Assembly (NCBI RefSeq): GCF_963921235.1
Contig: NC_086097.1
Coordinates: forward strand, 47,618,001-47,682,000
DNA length: 64,000 nucleotides
From: Mobula hypostoma
Lineage: Eukaryota
Reading direction: 5' to 3'
A model generated the notes under the pieces. The model was not told the origin of the DNA. It did no database searches and saw nothing but the letters and a program-made list of their open reading frames with translations. The translations under genes and the position numbers were made by a program. The first letter of the stretch is position 1. Each line of letters starts with the position of its first letter. Shown in pieces: positions 1 to 12,864 of this stretch.

Positions 1-72
1 ATAAAGACAGCATGGGGTACCTTATCAAATGCCTTGCTGAAATCTATATACACTACATCTACTGCTCTTCCT

Positions 73-2503
73 CACAAGATCACAAAACAAAGGAGCATAA
101 GTAGGCCATTCGGCCGATCAAGTCTGCTCCACCACTCCACCATGAGCTAAACTATTCTCCCATCTAGTTCCAATTTCCAGCTTTTCCCCCATATCCCTTG
201 ATATCCTGACCAACTAGATACCTATCAATCCTCCCCTTAAACACCCTCAATGATCAGGCCTCCACAGCTGTATGTGGCAACGAATTCCATAAATCCACAA
301 CCCTCTGGCTAAAAAAATTTCTCCTCATTTCTGTTTTAAATGGGTACCCTCTAATTCTAAGACAGTGGCCTCTTGTCCTGGACTCACCCACCAAGGGAAA
401 CAGCCTTTCCACATCTACTCTGTCCAACCTTTTCAACATTCAAAATGTTTCTATGAGATCCCGTCTCATTCTTCTATACTCTAATGAATACAGTCCAAGA
501 GCCGACAAATGCTCCTCATATGTTAGCCCCTGCATTCCAGGAATCATCCTCATAAATCTTCTCTGAACTCTCTCCAACATCAGTACATCCCTTGTAAGAT
601 GGGGGGCCCAAAACTGCACACAGTATTCCAAATGAGGTCTCACCAGTGCCCCATAGAGCCTCATCGACACCTCTTTACTCTTATACACTATTCCTCTTGA
701 AATGAATGCCAACATAGCATTCGCCTTCCTTGCTGCCGATCCAACCTGGTGGTTAACCCTTAGGGTATCCTGCATGAGGACCCCCAAGTCCCTGTGCACT
801 TCTGATTTTTGAATTTTCTCCCCATCTAAATAATCTGCCCGATTATTATTCCAAAATGTACATTTCTCAACATTGTATCTCATCTGCCATTTCTTTGCCC
901 ACTCTCCTAAACTGACCAAGTCTCTCTGCAACCTTTCCGTTTCTTCAACACTTCCTGCTCCTCCACCTATCACGGTGTCATCCTCAAACTTAGCCACAAA
1001 ACCATTTAATCCATAATCTAAATCATCGATATACATTGTAAAAAGAACCGGCCCCCACACCAACCCTTGCAGAACACCACTAGTAACCGGGAACCAACCA
1101 GAATAGGATCCCTTTATTCCCACCCTTTGCTTTCTGCATATCAGCCAATGCTCCACCCATTCCAATATCTTTCCTGTAATTCCATGGGCTCTCATCTTAT
1201 TAAGCAGCCTCTTATGCGGCACCTTATCGAAGGCCTTTTAAAGATCCAAATAGACAACATCCACAGCTCTCCCTTGTCAATCTTATTTGAGATTACCTCA
1301 AAAAGTTCCAATAGGTTGGTGAGGCAGGATCTTCCCTTCATGAAACCATGCTGGCTTGGACCTATCTTGTCATGCACCTCGAGGTATTTCATAACCTCGT
1401 CCTTGAGGACTGACTCCAATAACTTTCCAACTACTGATGTCAGACTGATAGGTCTGTAATTTTCTTTTTGCTGCCTCCCTCCTTTCTTAAACAGTGGAAC
1501 TACATTTGCGACCTTCCAGTCCTCCGGAACTATGCCAGAGTCTACTGATTCCTGGAAGGTTATCTCCAATGCCTCCACAATCTCCAAAGCCACCTGCTTC
1601 AGAACCCGTGGGTGCACCCCATCCGGTCCAGGAGACTTATCTGTTCTTAGTCCATTTAGCTTCCCAAGCACTTTCTCTCTCGTAATCTTGAATGAACTTA
1701 ATTCTATTCCCTGAGACCTCTGGCTATCAGGTATGTTGCTAATGTCTTCCACTGTGAAGACTGATGCAAAATACTCATTTCGTTCCTCTGCCATCTCTTT
1801 GTTACCCATTATAATTTCTCCAGCATCACTTTCAATTGGTCCTATATAGTCATACTTTATTGATCCCAGAGGAAATTGGTTTTCGTTACAGTTGCACCAT
1901 AAGTAGTAAATAGTAATAGAACCATAAATAGTTAAATAGTAATATGTAAATTATGCCAGTAAATTATGAAATAAGTTATGAAATATTTAAAACAGTATCC
2001 TTTGTTAATTGCCAACTTCCTTTCATAATTCATCTTTTCTTTCCTAATGACTTTTTTAGTTTCCTTCTGTAAGTTTTTAAAAGTCATCCAGTCCTCAGTT
2101 TTCCAACTAATTTTTGCTTCCTTGTACTTCTTTTGCTTTTATTTTATTTTAGCCTTAACCTCTCTCATTAGCCACATCTGTGCCATTTTTCCATTCATGA
2201 TTTTCTTTTTTCTTGGAATATATTTTTCCTGCACTTTCCTCATTTCTTGTAGGAATTTCATCCAATTCTGCTCTACCATCCCTCCAGCCAGCTTACTTTT
2301 CCAATCGACTTGGGCCAGTTCCTCTCTCATACCACTGTAATGTCCTTTGTTCCACTGAAATATCGATACACCTGATACCAGTTCTCCTTTTCAAATTTGA
2401 AACTGAACTCAATCATATTATGATCACTACTTCCAAGGGGTTCCATTACCTCCAGCTACCTAATCGCCTCAGGCTCATTACACAGCACCTAATCCAAAAC
2501 ATA
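73..2503 (-). mobile_element. CR1 LINE, 5'-truncated and frameshifted (RT plus 3' UTR), inserted into another CR1
   Basis: ORFs 1192..1809, 440..1222 and 254..439 carry CR1 RT motifs (KSPGPDG, NYRPISLTS, QHGF, FEDDT, RRNFFSQRVV). A short ttcct duplication lies at 68-72 and 2504-2508. Confidence 0.9.
1846..1980 (-). mobile_element. Rex1/Babar LINE 3' tail fragment nested in CR1
   Basis: Reverse complement of the 3' end of the element at 24726-25917 (gatcaataaagtatgactat; aaaccaatttcc). Confidence 0.8.
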
Positions 2504-2900
2504 TTCCTTCATCAATGTGTTTAGTCACATCCTCAAAAAATTCAATCAGGCTCGTAAGGCATGACCTGCCTTTGACAAAGCCATGCTGACCATTCCTAAT
2601 CTTATTATACCTCTCCAAATGTTCATAAATCCTGCCTCTTAGGAACTTCTCTATCAACTTACCAACCACTGAAGTTTGTCTCACTGATCTATAATTTCCT
2701 GGACTAGCTCTACTCCCCTTCTTGAATAAGGGAACAACATCCGCAACCCTCCAATCCTCCGGAACCTCTCCCGTCCCCATTGATGATGCAAAGATCATCG
2801 CCAGGGGCTCAGCAATCTCCTCCCTTGCCTCCCATCTCATCCGGTCCCGGCGACTTATCCAACTTGATGCTTTCCAAAAGCTCCAGCACATCCTCTTAAG
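2504..2900 (-). mobile_element. CR1 LINE RT fragment (host of the 73-2503 insertion; continues at 1-72)
   Basis: ORF 2478..2891 has EDWRVADVVPLFKKG...NYR...QHGFVKGRSCLT. The sequence resumes in register at positions 1-72. Confidence 0.85.
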
Positions 2901-4649
2901 TCACAATAATTAACAGAGTCATAATCATAAAGGGATATAGTGTGTGGCCCAATTGCTGGCCAAAGCAGCTTTAAAAGTATCTTAGTAGTTAAAAGTAACG
3001 TGACTAGATAGGAGGAGGATTTAGAAAGTTGACAACAGAGCATAAAATCTAAGCGGATGAAGTCATGGTCATTGACACCAACAGCAGAGAAAAGGGAAGG
3101 TGGGAAGGAAAAGGAGACCACAGCTGAAATAGTGTTCTGGAGTTGAGGCAGAGGGGGGCAATGCAGATTCATATTGTGGGATAATGAGGGACCAGGCCAT
3201 GAGGCAATGCAAAGATGAGAATGAGGATTTTAAACTGTAGACATTAAAGAGATTGGAATGGAATGATAAGTGAAAGGACATGAAACAAAAAGAAATTGCT
3301 GCAGGTCAGGGCATTAGATTCAACAGAAACTGAGTCAATGTTGCAGGTTAATAACCATGATCACAAGGATCAGGTCAATGTGTACCCTTTTGGTCTCCAT
3401 GTTCAAAGGAGGATATATTTGCTAAGATTAACCATGCACATGACCTATTGAGGATATCAATTAAGAGACTTTTGTCTTGAAATATAATATTCCAATAGGT
3501 TCTGACAGGGTGGATGCTGAGGCAATGCTTCTCTAGTGGGGCTATCTGGAACCAATGGGCATAGATTCAGATTTAAAATGTGAGGTGAAATTTCTTCCTT
3601 CTGAGGGTCATAACTACTTGGAGCTTGCTAATCACAGAGACCTCTAGAGGCAGAATCATTGAATGTATTTGCGGTAGAACAACAAGGGAGTCAAAGAGAA
3701 AAGGGAGAGTGCAGGGAATGGTTTTGAGACCAAGAATAGATCGGCCATGACTTCATTTGCTGCGAATACCAAACTCATGGGGCCAAGTGGGCTATTTCTG
3801 ATTCTATTTCCTATTATGATGTTCTAAATTGGTCTGGATTATACTGTCTTGGAAAAGGATTTCAGATTAGAAGGGCAAATGAAGAGGGTCAAAGGACTGG
3901 GCAATTGAAAATATAGAGACAAAAGTTTAGCTTCAGATGACAATTGGCGCATCAACAATCAGTGGTCTAGCTCATTCTAACAAAGTGCTCAAGAAGAAAA
4001 ACAGTATTAGTTAAAAGGATAGAGTGGGACTAGACAATCAAAATTGCCATTAGTTCAGGTCTGGATAAGGGATAAATAATCTAATTACAAAAAGTTCAAT
4101 GTAAGATCAAAATATGCCATGAATAGAACAAGCAGCAGTATTTTGCAATGCATTTACAGGTTAAACTAGTCTAACTTTGGAGCCAGAAGGAAAGAAAGTA
4201 CATGGATTATAATTTTTGATTTACATTTTGTTCTTCTTTGGTTCAAAGTCACTATACACCACGAGGGAATTGTGCCCCAGCAAATAAACTCCAATAGAGT
4301 GAACTAAGCCACCATATTTTTAAGAAGAGTTCTGGTGAGCTCTTGCAAACTGCAATTATTTTAAACCTCAATCCTGTGAAATGAACAAAGCTTCACTTGA
4401 AGACTTAATTTCTGATTTTTTTTCAGCTGATCTTATGTGCCCCAAGTACAGACTACTTCACCTTTTCACGTTAAGGTAAATGTGGTCATTTAAAATCATA
4501 TTGGGTAATTATAAGTATATAACAAATTAACAGCATACAATACCCACTCAATATTTCATTTGGTCCAGCCACATCAGTTTTCACAAAGATTTTGCTTAAT
4601 TGTGTGTTATTTCTCATGAATTTCATTCACCTTAATAGTAACTTCCTCC

Positions 4650-5030
4650 AGAAGGAACACAACCTTGTCATGGTTTGGAGGCTTGGAACATGCCTCAGGA
4701 GAGCTATGTTGACTGAAGCCGGGACTTTATGCTTGGGATCTTGGTAGGGTCACCCATGCCAAATAGGTCAAAGAGTAGAGGCCAGACTAAGAGTGGTCCA
4801 CCAGTCCTACAGGTTTGGGGGTTCAGCTCAGGACCAACAGTCCTAACTGGTAAAACATTGTTATGGAAACAGCAATGAAGAATGTTTCTACTAAGTGCAA
4901 TGTAGTTCCCGAGTCTCCACCCAGGACTTGCATGACTGACAGTGGTGAAAACAGAGGAAGCTACACAATGAAGGAAGCCCTCAAAATTGCCAGAGGCCTT
5001 CACTGCCACTGGTGTAACAGGCAGTAAATA
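4650..5030 (+). mobile_element. RTE-clade 5' region fragment or RTE-derived short element
   Basis: Recognised by eye from RTE-type 5' motifs (cttggtagggtcacccatgccaaataggtcaaag...gaggccagactaagagtggtcc). No ORF support. Confidence 0.45.
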
Positions 5031-5369
5031 CGTTTGTAAATACTAGCAACGTTTGCTAAAGTTACACAAAAATATTACTTGATAAAAAAAGCAGATGCAA
5101 TCCATTTTGAAGAGAATAAACAGATGGAGAAAAAAAGAATTGAACTGCAGATAACAATGTATTTGTTTCTTACTTGGAATGGTGTTAAGTTTTAGATAAA
5201 CTACTACTGCCCACTTTTTACTGAAAGTGACTTTGAAAGGTGCTCTATTGGGAGAAGCAGACAAGCTGACGTTGAATGAGGTAGAGAATTTGACCATGTT
5301 CATGGTGATTTTCTGCAAGAATGTGTCTTAGAGACAACCAAACAGGCAGCTGCATTAAGTCAGTTATGT

Positions 5370-6520
5370 AGCATGGAAACAAGCTCTCTGGCCCAAATCA
5401 TCTATACTCATCCCCTCTCACCTTAAATTTATGCCCTCCAGTTTTAGATTTCCCTGGGATTATTCCAACTATGCCCCTCAATGTTATATACCACTATAAG
5501 GTAACTACACACCCTTCTATACTCCGGGGGGTGGGGGAAATCCCCTGACTATCCAGCATTACCTTGTAACTTTTCTATATCCTTTCCTGATTAGTTACAT
5601 TCTTTCTATAACTAGGTGACTGATACTGCACACAGTACAGTACCCTGTGGTTTAACAAAACCTCTTGTACAATTGTGACACAATGTCTCACTCCAGCCCT
5701 GACTAAAAGGTAGAAAGCATGCCAAACGGTTCATGACCCTGTCCAGCTGTGTGGCCACTTTCATAGAGTCACAGAAAAAGACAGCACAGAAACAGACTTT
5801 TTTGGCCCATCTAGTCCATGGCAAACCCTTTAAATTGCCTAATCCCATTAACTTTCACCACAACCATAGCCTTCTATACCCCTACCATCCATGTACCAAT
5901 CCCAACTTTTTTTTAAAACACTGAAATCGAGCTTGCATGCACCACTTTCACTGGCAGCTTGCTCCACACTCTAACTACCTTATTTTCCCCTTAAACCTTT
6001 CACCTTTAACCCATGACCTCTAGTTGTAGTGCCACGCCACCTCAGTGGAAAAAGCCTGCTTGCATTTACCCTACCTATATCCCTCTCAAATCTCCCCTCA
6101 ATTCTTCTAGGTTCCAAGAAGTAAAATCTAACCTATTCAATCTTTCCATATAACTCAGGTCCTCCAGTCCCAGCAACATCCATCTAAATTTTATCTGTAC
6201 TCAATCATACTTACATCTCTCCTGTACGTAGGTGACCAAAACTGCACACAATACTCTAAATCAGGCCTCACCTACATCCTGTACAACTTCAACATAACAT
6301 CCTATCTCCTGTACTCAATACCTTGATTTATGAAGGCCAAAGTGGGAAAAGCTTTCCTTATGACCCTATCTACCTGTGCCACCACTTTCAATGAATTATG
6401 GGCTGATATTCCCAGATCAGTTTGTTCTACGACAGGGAACCTGCAAGTACTTGTATCCCTAGGTTTCCCTGTTCCACAACACTCTCCAGGACACTGCCCA
6501 TTCACTGTGCAACTCTTGCC
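5370..6520 (-). mobile_element. Cluster of nested CR1 3'-end fragments
   Basis: ORF 6302..6505 ends ...VDRVIRKAFPTLAFINQGIEYR. Repeated aactgcacacaatactc and ggcccatctagtccatg 3'-end motifs. Confidence 0.7.
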
Positions 6521-6529
6521 CTGTCAGTT

Positions 6530-6730
6530 CATTTATTTAATTACTATTGAGATACAGTGTGGAGTAGGCCCTTCTAGTCGCGCAGCCCAGCAACCCCCAG
6601 TTCAAATCTAGTCTAATCATTATCCTACCAACCAGTAGTCTTTGGGCTGTGGGAGGAAACCAGAGCAGCAAGAGGAAACCCATGTGGTCACAGGGAGACG
6701 TACAGACTCCTTACAGGTAGCAGCAGGAAA
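6530..6730 (-). mobile_element. V-SINE-type SINE fragment
   Basis: Minus strand reads ...gtctgtacgtctccctgtgaccacatgggtttcctc...ggtttcctcccacag, the V-SINE central domain. Confidence 0.65.
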
Positions 6731-7500
6731 GTTTTCTAAAATGCCACATAGTCAGGATGAAATTCCATCTGCCTCTCCTTGGCCCCACTTTCCTCATTGA
6801 TCTAGATCCCACATGCTCTTCACTGTCTACTATATCACCAATTTTGCTGCCATCTGCAACTGTTCTAACCAGGTCAATTTCATTTTCACCCGAATCATTA
6901 ATAAAGATGACAAATAAAAACGGTGGACTCAGCATTGATCATTCTGGCATACTGCTGGTCACAGGCTTCCAATCTCCACAAGCATCTTCTGACTTTCATG
7001 AAAACCAATTTTGTATTTTTCAATAACCAGTCATTTAGCCTTAGTAATGAGCTATTAACCAGATGTGCATCAGCACTTATCCAAAAGCAACATCTTTAAG
7101 ATAGTTCAGCATGGCTCCTGGAGAAATGCAAGACCATATTAAAAAGGGAAGTGTTAGAATAATATGAAGTAATATCTTAGTTAATTTCGTACTAGTTGCT
7201 GAACTTAGAAAACTATGGAATATGATTCTTATGACATATTCCATAATGGAAGTGCGAAAGGGGCTGAGATGAATGGAGTTATTTGGCATAAATTCCACCA
7301 TGTGTTCCTATTAACAAGGAAGCAACTTATTTTACCCTGAAATACAAATGTTTACGTTAAATCAACATTTCAAATCTCAATTCTTCAATTTAATGCATCA
7401 ATCTGAAGCGTAGATTAAACCTCTCAATGCTTCACCTCAATCACACTATTCTCTCAATAAACCTTCCATAATTATCTCAAGTTAACTTTTCATAGCTTAC

Positions 7501-7699
7501 CAGATTTTCCTCTCGTTATAGGATGGCCAGCATTGCTAGTTACAGTCAGAGTTTGAGGTTTCAGCATCTCCACAGGTGATGACTGATTACCCTGTGGTCT
7601 AGTTCCAGTAGATATTTGAATGTAAGGTCCCACAGCAGCCACTCGCCCTGAGGTATTAGAATGGGTCTGGGAGGACTGTGTTCCATTAATATGACTTAG
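7501..7699 (-). CDS. PPP1R13B: ASPP1 coding exon (exon 9 equivalent)
   Basis: LSHINGTQSSQTHSNTSGRVAAVGPYIQ...KPQTLTVTSNAGHPITRGKS, containing the ASPP GRVAAVGPYIQ motif. Acceptor ctgtcAG, donor GTaagc; 199 nt. Confidence 0.93.
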
Positions 7700-8528
7700 C
7701 TGACAGAGGACAAACAAACATTTGTTAGGAAAAGTTGTGTATCAAAGATAACTGTTCTACCACATTAAATTTGCATCATTATTAGATCTTACATTGACAA
7801 CATTAATGATCGAGACAATTAGAGTAACTATCCATTTTTCCTCCCTTTGGATGACAATGTGCTAATGTAGTAGGATGGAAGGAAAGTGTAGGAGAAGCAG
7901 GAACACTGGACATTCAGAACGACTGGAAACACAGAAAAATTATTGCCTTTGGACCAAAAGGAATAGAATGAATACACCAAGAACAAGTCTGTGACTGGTA
8001 AAAGTTGGAAGCATTTAGATAAGTGGCCATTCCTACAAGGAATTATCTATATCTTTCTTACTTTGAAATGTAGTTTTTTTGGGAAAAAAAGGATACACAC
8101 AGCTTTTTTATTGTTACTTTGGTTGCTTCACAGCAACCTTACTGAATAGTTACTGTTGATAAAATAAGTTACCTCTTCCTTTCCACAGTGAATGGAGGCA
8201 CTTCTGATGGACTTAAATATTATTTGACTGAATGCAAATAATTTCAAAGAAACCTAGCTCTATTGTCAATATTTTTGCAGAGTAATTTGGAGAAATAAAA
8301 AGGTACTATGGATGGTCATAGTACCCCTTACTTGGTAAAGGAATAAAATTGGTTAAACTTTCGCCTCTTTGAAAATGAACATTTAGAAAAATAGAAAACA
8401 AAGTTACAAATCACACAGCATTTCAAAACTGAAGTACTTTCATTACTGTACACTTTGCTCAATCTCAAACAAGGAAAAATTGTATCGTTCAGAATGCCAT
8501 AACATTAAAATAAAGATCAGGGTCATAC

Positions 8529-8693
8529 AGGGATGTTTTCCTTTTGGCGTGCATCAGTTTTCTTCTTCCACAATCGCTCACGAAGTTCATTAATCCTTTT
8601 GTCCATCATAGTCACTTCCATGTTACGTTTATTAAGCAGCTCCTTTTGATGCTGAAGTTTTATATTTTGTTCTTGATTAAGTTTATTACGAAT
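8529..8693 (-). CDS. PPP1R13B: ASPP1 coding exon (exon 8 equivalent)
   Basis: Read manually: [55 protein letters not shown]. Acceptor tttctAG, donor GTatga; 165 nt, phase 0 to 0. Confidence 0.92.
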
Positions 8694-9485
8694 CTAGAAA
8701 CATCAATAAATTCGGAGTGTTAAAATGTCTGGGTTCATAATCTTTTCAAAACTTTTACTTAAACTCAAGTTTCTTTTTAGTTGCACAGAGAAAACTACTG
8801 TTACTGCTTTTCTGTTATGCAAGACATGAATTAACAGTGCTAGCACCCAGCAACAATGCTTTTGTGTAGTCAGCACCAACCCTAAGCCGTAGATGCCAGA
8901 TTGGTAAGGCTGGATGCCAGGTTGTTTTAAAACAAAACTTTTTTCAAGTGGCTGCTTTTGATAAACAGCTCTTTGGTTGTTTCATTTCTTCTACACAGCT
9001 TTGTAACAGCAGTGTAATATAAATCTATGAAAGTAGCATGAAGCATTAAGAAATTCTAAGACTTAAGCAACAGAGAAGGTCCTCAGTCAAGTGAAGGCAT
9101 CCATCTTACTCCAAGACGGATGTAGCTTTTTCTACTTTTAACTTTCAGCATCACCCTACTGGTCAAAAAAAGCCAAAAAGATTTATGACAAAATACAAAA
9201 GAACTGCAGATGCTGGAAACCTTAACAATAAGCGAAGTGTTGAGCTCAGCATGTCATTCACTGTAACAGAGAAACAGAGTTAACATTGCAGGTAATTGAC
9301 CCTTTATCATGAGGACCAATAACATGAAACATTAACTCTGCTTCAGTCTCTACAAATGCTGATGAACTGTTCAGAAGCCCCAACATTTTCTATTAAGATT
9401 CATTACAACTTTGAAAATGGACTAAGTTTTTGTTTGGGATGCAAACACAACCTTACAAGGCTTTAGCTAGATATATGTACTTCAC

Positions 9486-9682
9486 CTGCAGCTCCTGATA
9501 CAATTTTTTCAATTCAAGTGCAGCAGGGCCTGGCATTTGACCATTGTAAGAATGCAATCCATTTGTTTTTCCTTTCCTCAGATCATCGAGTTGCTGGGTC
9601 AGTTGATCAACTTTCAACACAGCTGACTGTAACTCTCGCTGCTTCTCATGAAACATAGTATTAATGTGCTCAATTTCAGCTG
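9486..9682 (-). CDS. PPP1R13B: ASPP1 coding exon (exon 7 equivalent)
   Basis: (S)[65 protein letters not shown]. Acceptor ctgtAG, donor GTgaag; 197 nt, phase 1 to 0. Confidence 0.95.
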
Positions 9683-9740
9683 CTACAGATAAAAATAAAA
9701 ATATCTGTAAATATACCAGTGCTAAAATATGTTGCAATTA

Positions 9741-10699
9741 CAGTTGGTCCCTGTTAATTGAAGCAATCACATATTTGGGAGAACTCTTAAAGAACAGAAA
9801 CTAATTGCAAAAAATAGCCAGGATTCCTTTTGTTTACTTAAGACACTTTGTTGCTTAGTTGGGACAGGAGACTGTTCCCAAACAGTTTCTAACCAACATC
9901 AGTCACATGCACTTGTGTGGCTGTTAGACACTACACTGTGGTCAGAGCGAGCCATTTTTAAATAGTGTCAGTTGTGTGTACTTCTGTTCTAAAAGCAGTG
10001 ATTTTTGTACAGATAAGAGGTATTGCAGATGCTGGAAATCTAGAGCAAACACACAAACAACGTGCTGGAGGAACTCAACAGGTTAGGCAGCATCCATGGA
10101 TGGGAATAAACGGTCGATATTACGGGCCAAGACCCTTCATCAGGACCCTTATTACTGACTTTTGTCACTGATGGTGAGAAATAAACAGCAAGACAATTCA
10201 GAACTGTTTTGCTCACTGTGGTTTCAAGCATTCAGGCTTGGATATGCCATAAATGGCCAGGAGTAAAACTGAGCAATTTCACTACATCAAGTTAGGCTCT
10301 ATGAAGAATTTGAAGGGATCAACTATATTCAATGTTACACTGACAATGAAGATTTGAAGAATGCAATAATCTGAAGTATTGTGTGAAGGCAGTCCATTAT
10401 CTGCACTAGGCATCTGTGCTGATTTTATTCATTTACAATCAAAGGAACACGGCAGCATACACTGGTTGAATTTCTCCGTTGATAACTATGAGGAACTAAT
10501 ACAGTTTTATAGTACTTATAGTAGTATTGGCGGTGTTCTAATTTGTTCTGTATTTCATTTAAATGCATAATTTGTTACTCAGTTGTTTAAAAAATATCTT
10601 TTTAACTACTCCCATGAAGCTTCAGCTAATTGGGGCAGCCGCTTAATTGAGCCACAATATACTAGTCCCCAATGTGTCCCAATTCACCAGAATCCACTC
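9741..10699 (+). mobile_element. Tigger/pogo-like non-autonomous DNA transposon (related pieces at ~21960-22180 and ~38340-39435)
   Basis: TA|cagttgg..gttaattg at the left end and ccaattcaccagaatccactc|TA at the right end (imperfect TIRs, TA flanks). Internal sequence recurs twice elsewhere in the window. Confidence 0.65.
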
Positions 10700-11972
10700 T
10701 AATTCAATTTCTTTTTGGTAACTATTAGCAGAGAAAGTATCAAACTTCAGTACACGGCATAGAGGGAACAGAGGAGACTGTGGTTTTGTTCCTTTAAACA
10801 TACATGCATCAATATCTGTACGAGATGACTTGCAGTCACAGATTCTTACCATACATTAGGTCTTCATTTGGCCCAACAGGCTTGCGCTGGTTCTCTGATT
10901 TAGACCAACATTTAGGCTATTTCCCAGCTTCCTGCAAGTTAGTTATCTTCATGCAGAGCCACAGTGTGAAAGTTTCAAAGGAATCTGTTACCAATATCCT
11001 TTTACGTACACTGCATGAACTATCTGCATGAAAAGAATTCTTAGCTCCTTACTAGTCATTTTGACAATTATTTGAAATTTGATCCGATTACTAATTTACC
11101 TGTCAGAAGAAACTATTCTTCTACTTGCTCCATAAAGACTCTTTAATTTACAAATATTATTTAATTGCTCTTGGATAGCAACTCAAGTTATCCAACTCAC
11201 AGATCCAAGTCACCTTGTGCCTTCCTCAAACCCTCACTATCCTACCCAGAACTGTACAGAATCTATCAGCCCAGAGAAACCAGAGATTCAAGTTGATTCA
11301 TATAAGTCAGCCTTAATTATTTTTAAAAACTACAGCACCAAATTACCCAGCCAACTTCAAAGCTGAATATGCATGCCCAATTCCCTTGATTCTTTTACCC
11401 AACAACTTTGCACCATAGCTGACATATACAGCATAGACCCTACCACTGGAACTGGAGTCAACAGTTCTTTGAAACAAATAACATTTTTAATTGTTACAAC
11501 TTTACAATTTTTAAAAAAGCAACTCGAAACAATAAAACATTTAAAAATGTTTCTAAATGTCTCTAATCACTTTTTATTGTCAGAAACCTGAACACCAATA
11601 CACCTTGTGAAATAACAACAGCTAATGTATACCAGCAGTCCACAAGGAACTTCACAGCTACAAAAAGTGAGTGTGATTGTCAGCACCCCACAAAAGGTGA
11701 AGGTGAGACACGGATGAGGACCATCATTATCCAGCTCAATGTAGAAGCCAAATCCCCAATTATTTTTAAAAGTGGGCAGTTGAAAATTGAAACGTTGAAA
11801 GATTATTGAAATGGGGTAGAAAAAAGAATTAGATGGAGAGCTACTTTAGATCAACACAGGATGTAGATTGTGTAGTAAAAGCAAGACTGTGGCTATTACA
11901 AATGAGCACTTACTAATGCATCTTAATTCATTTTTGAGAAAAAAAGTCAAACGTGAAATTTTGAATACGCAC

Positions 11973-12147
11973 AAAGATTGCCATTTATAATTTTACTGTA
12001 GTCCACCTGTCCTCGCATAGCTCGTATCTTCTTCAACTTTGCTTCCTGGCTCTCCATCCGTTCTTTTAGTTTTTGTAACTTGTCACTTTCTGAAACGGAC
12101 TGCTGCTGGCGTCTCTCTTGCTGTTTCAGATAACGTAAACGTTGCTC
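11973..12147 (-). CDS. PPP1R13B: ASPP1 coding exon (exon 6 equivalent), coiled coil
   Basis: [58 protein letters not shown]. Acceptor caaaAG, donor GTgcgt; 175 nt, phase 0 to 1. Confidence 0.95.
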
Positions 12148-12864
12148 CTTTTGAGGGAAGATAAACATAATAATCACTCATTTTTCTTTAAAATGTCCAG
12201 ACAACAACCATCATAGTGCATCAATTAGTAGCTTTACAATTGAGAACCTAAATGCCCAATGGAAGTTTGGAAGTTTAAACTTTCTGGTAACCAAAAATCC
12301 ACATTACTAGCTTTCATTGGGCATAACACACATTATTATCCAAACCACAAAGCCAAGTGTTATATTTCTTCCAAAATAAGCCTCTTTATATGAGATGGCA
12401 TGAGATAACATTATGACGTTATTGGCACCCAAGGAAGCTTTAAGAATTTAAAAATCTTCAGTCACCAAGTGATTCAATGTACATTCACCTCCCTCTAAAG
12501 CCTCTTTTTCCGCACCCTCTTCCCCCCCCCCCACCTTTTGGTTCTCCCTCCTTTCTGAAATCGTAACTGGTCTGTATATTGAATCCCGGGCTCTACTAAT
12601 TGGTTTGATGTGGTGTTGGAAGAGAAAAGAGGGATGCACTGAGGAAACCAAGGAGAAAGCAGGGGGGTGGGGGGGGTGGAGATAAAGCAACTAGCTATCA
12701 AAAGTATTAGTGATCTTCATATGAATGAGAAATCTGTCACATTGAAACAGCTAAACTTTTAAAGAGAGAGAAGAAAAGATCTTCTTTCACTAGCCTATGC
12801 CAGGAAGCTGAACCTTTCCTCTATCTATTTCACACCAAGGAACAGCAAGGCAGACCATACTACG

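Noticed and set aside
7077..7301. Possible next ASPP1 exon
   Set aside because: The frame compatible with the preceding phase-1 exon hits a stop quickly, and the open frame has no ASPP similarity.
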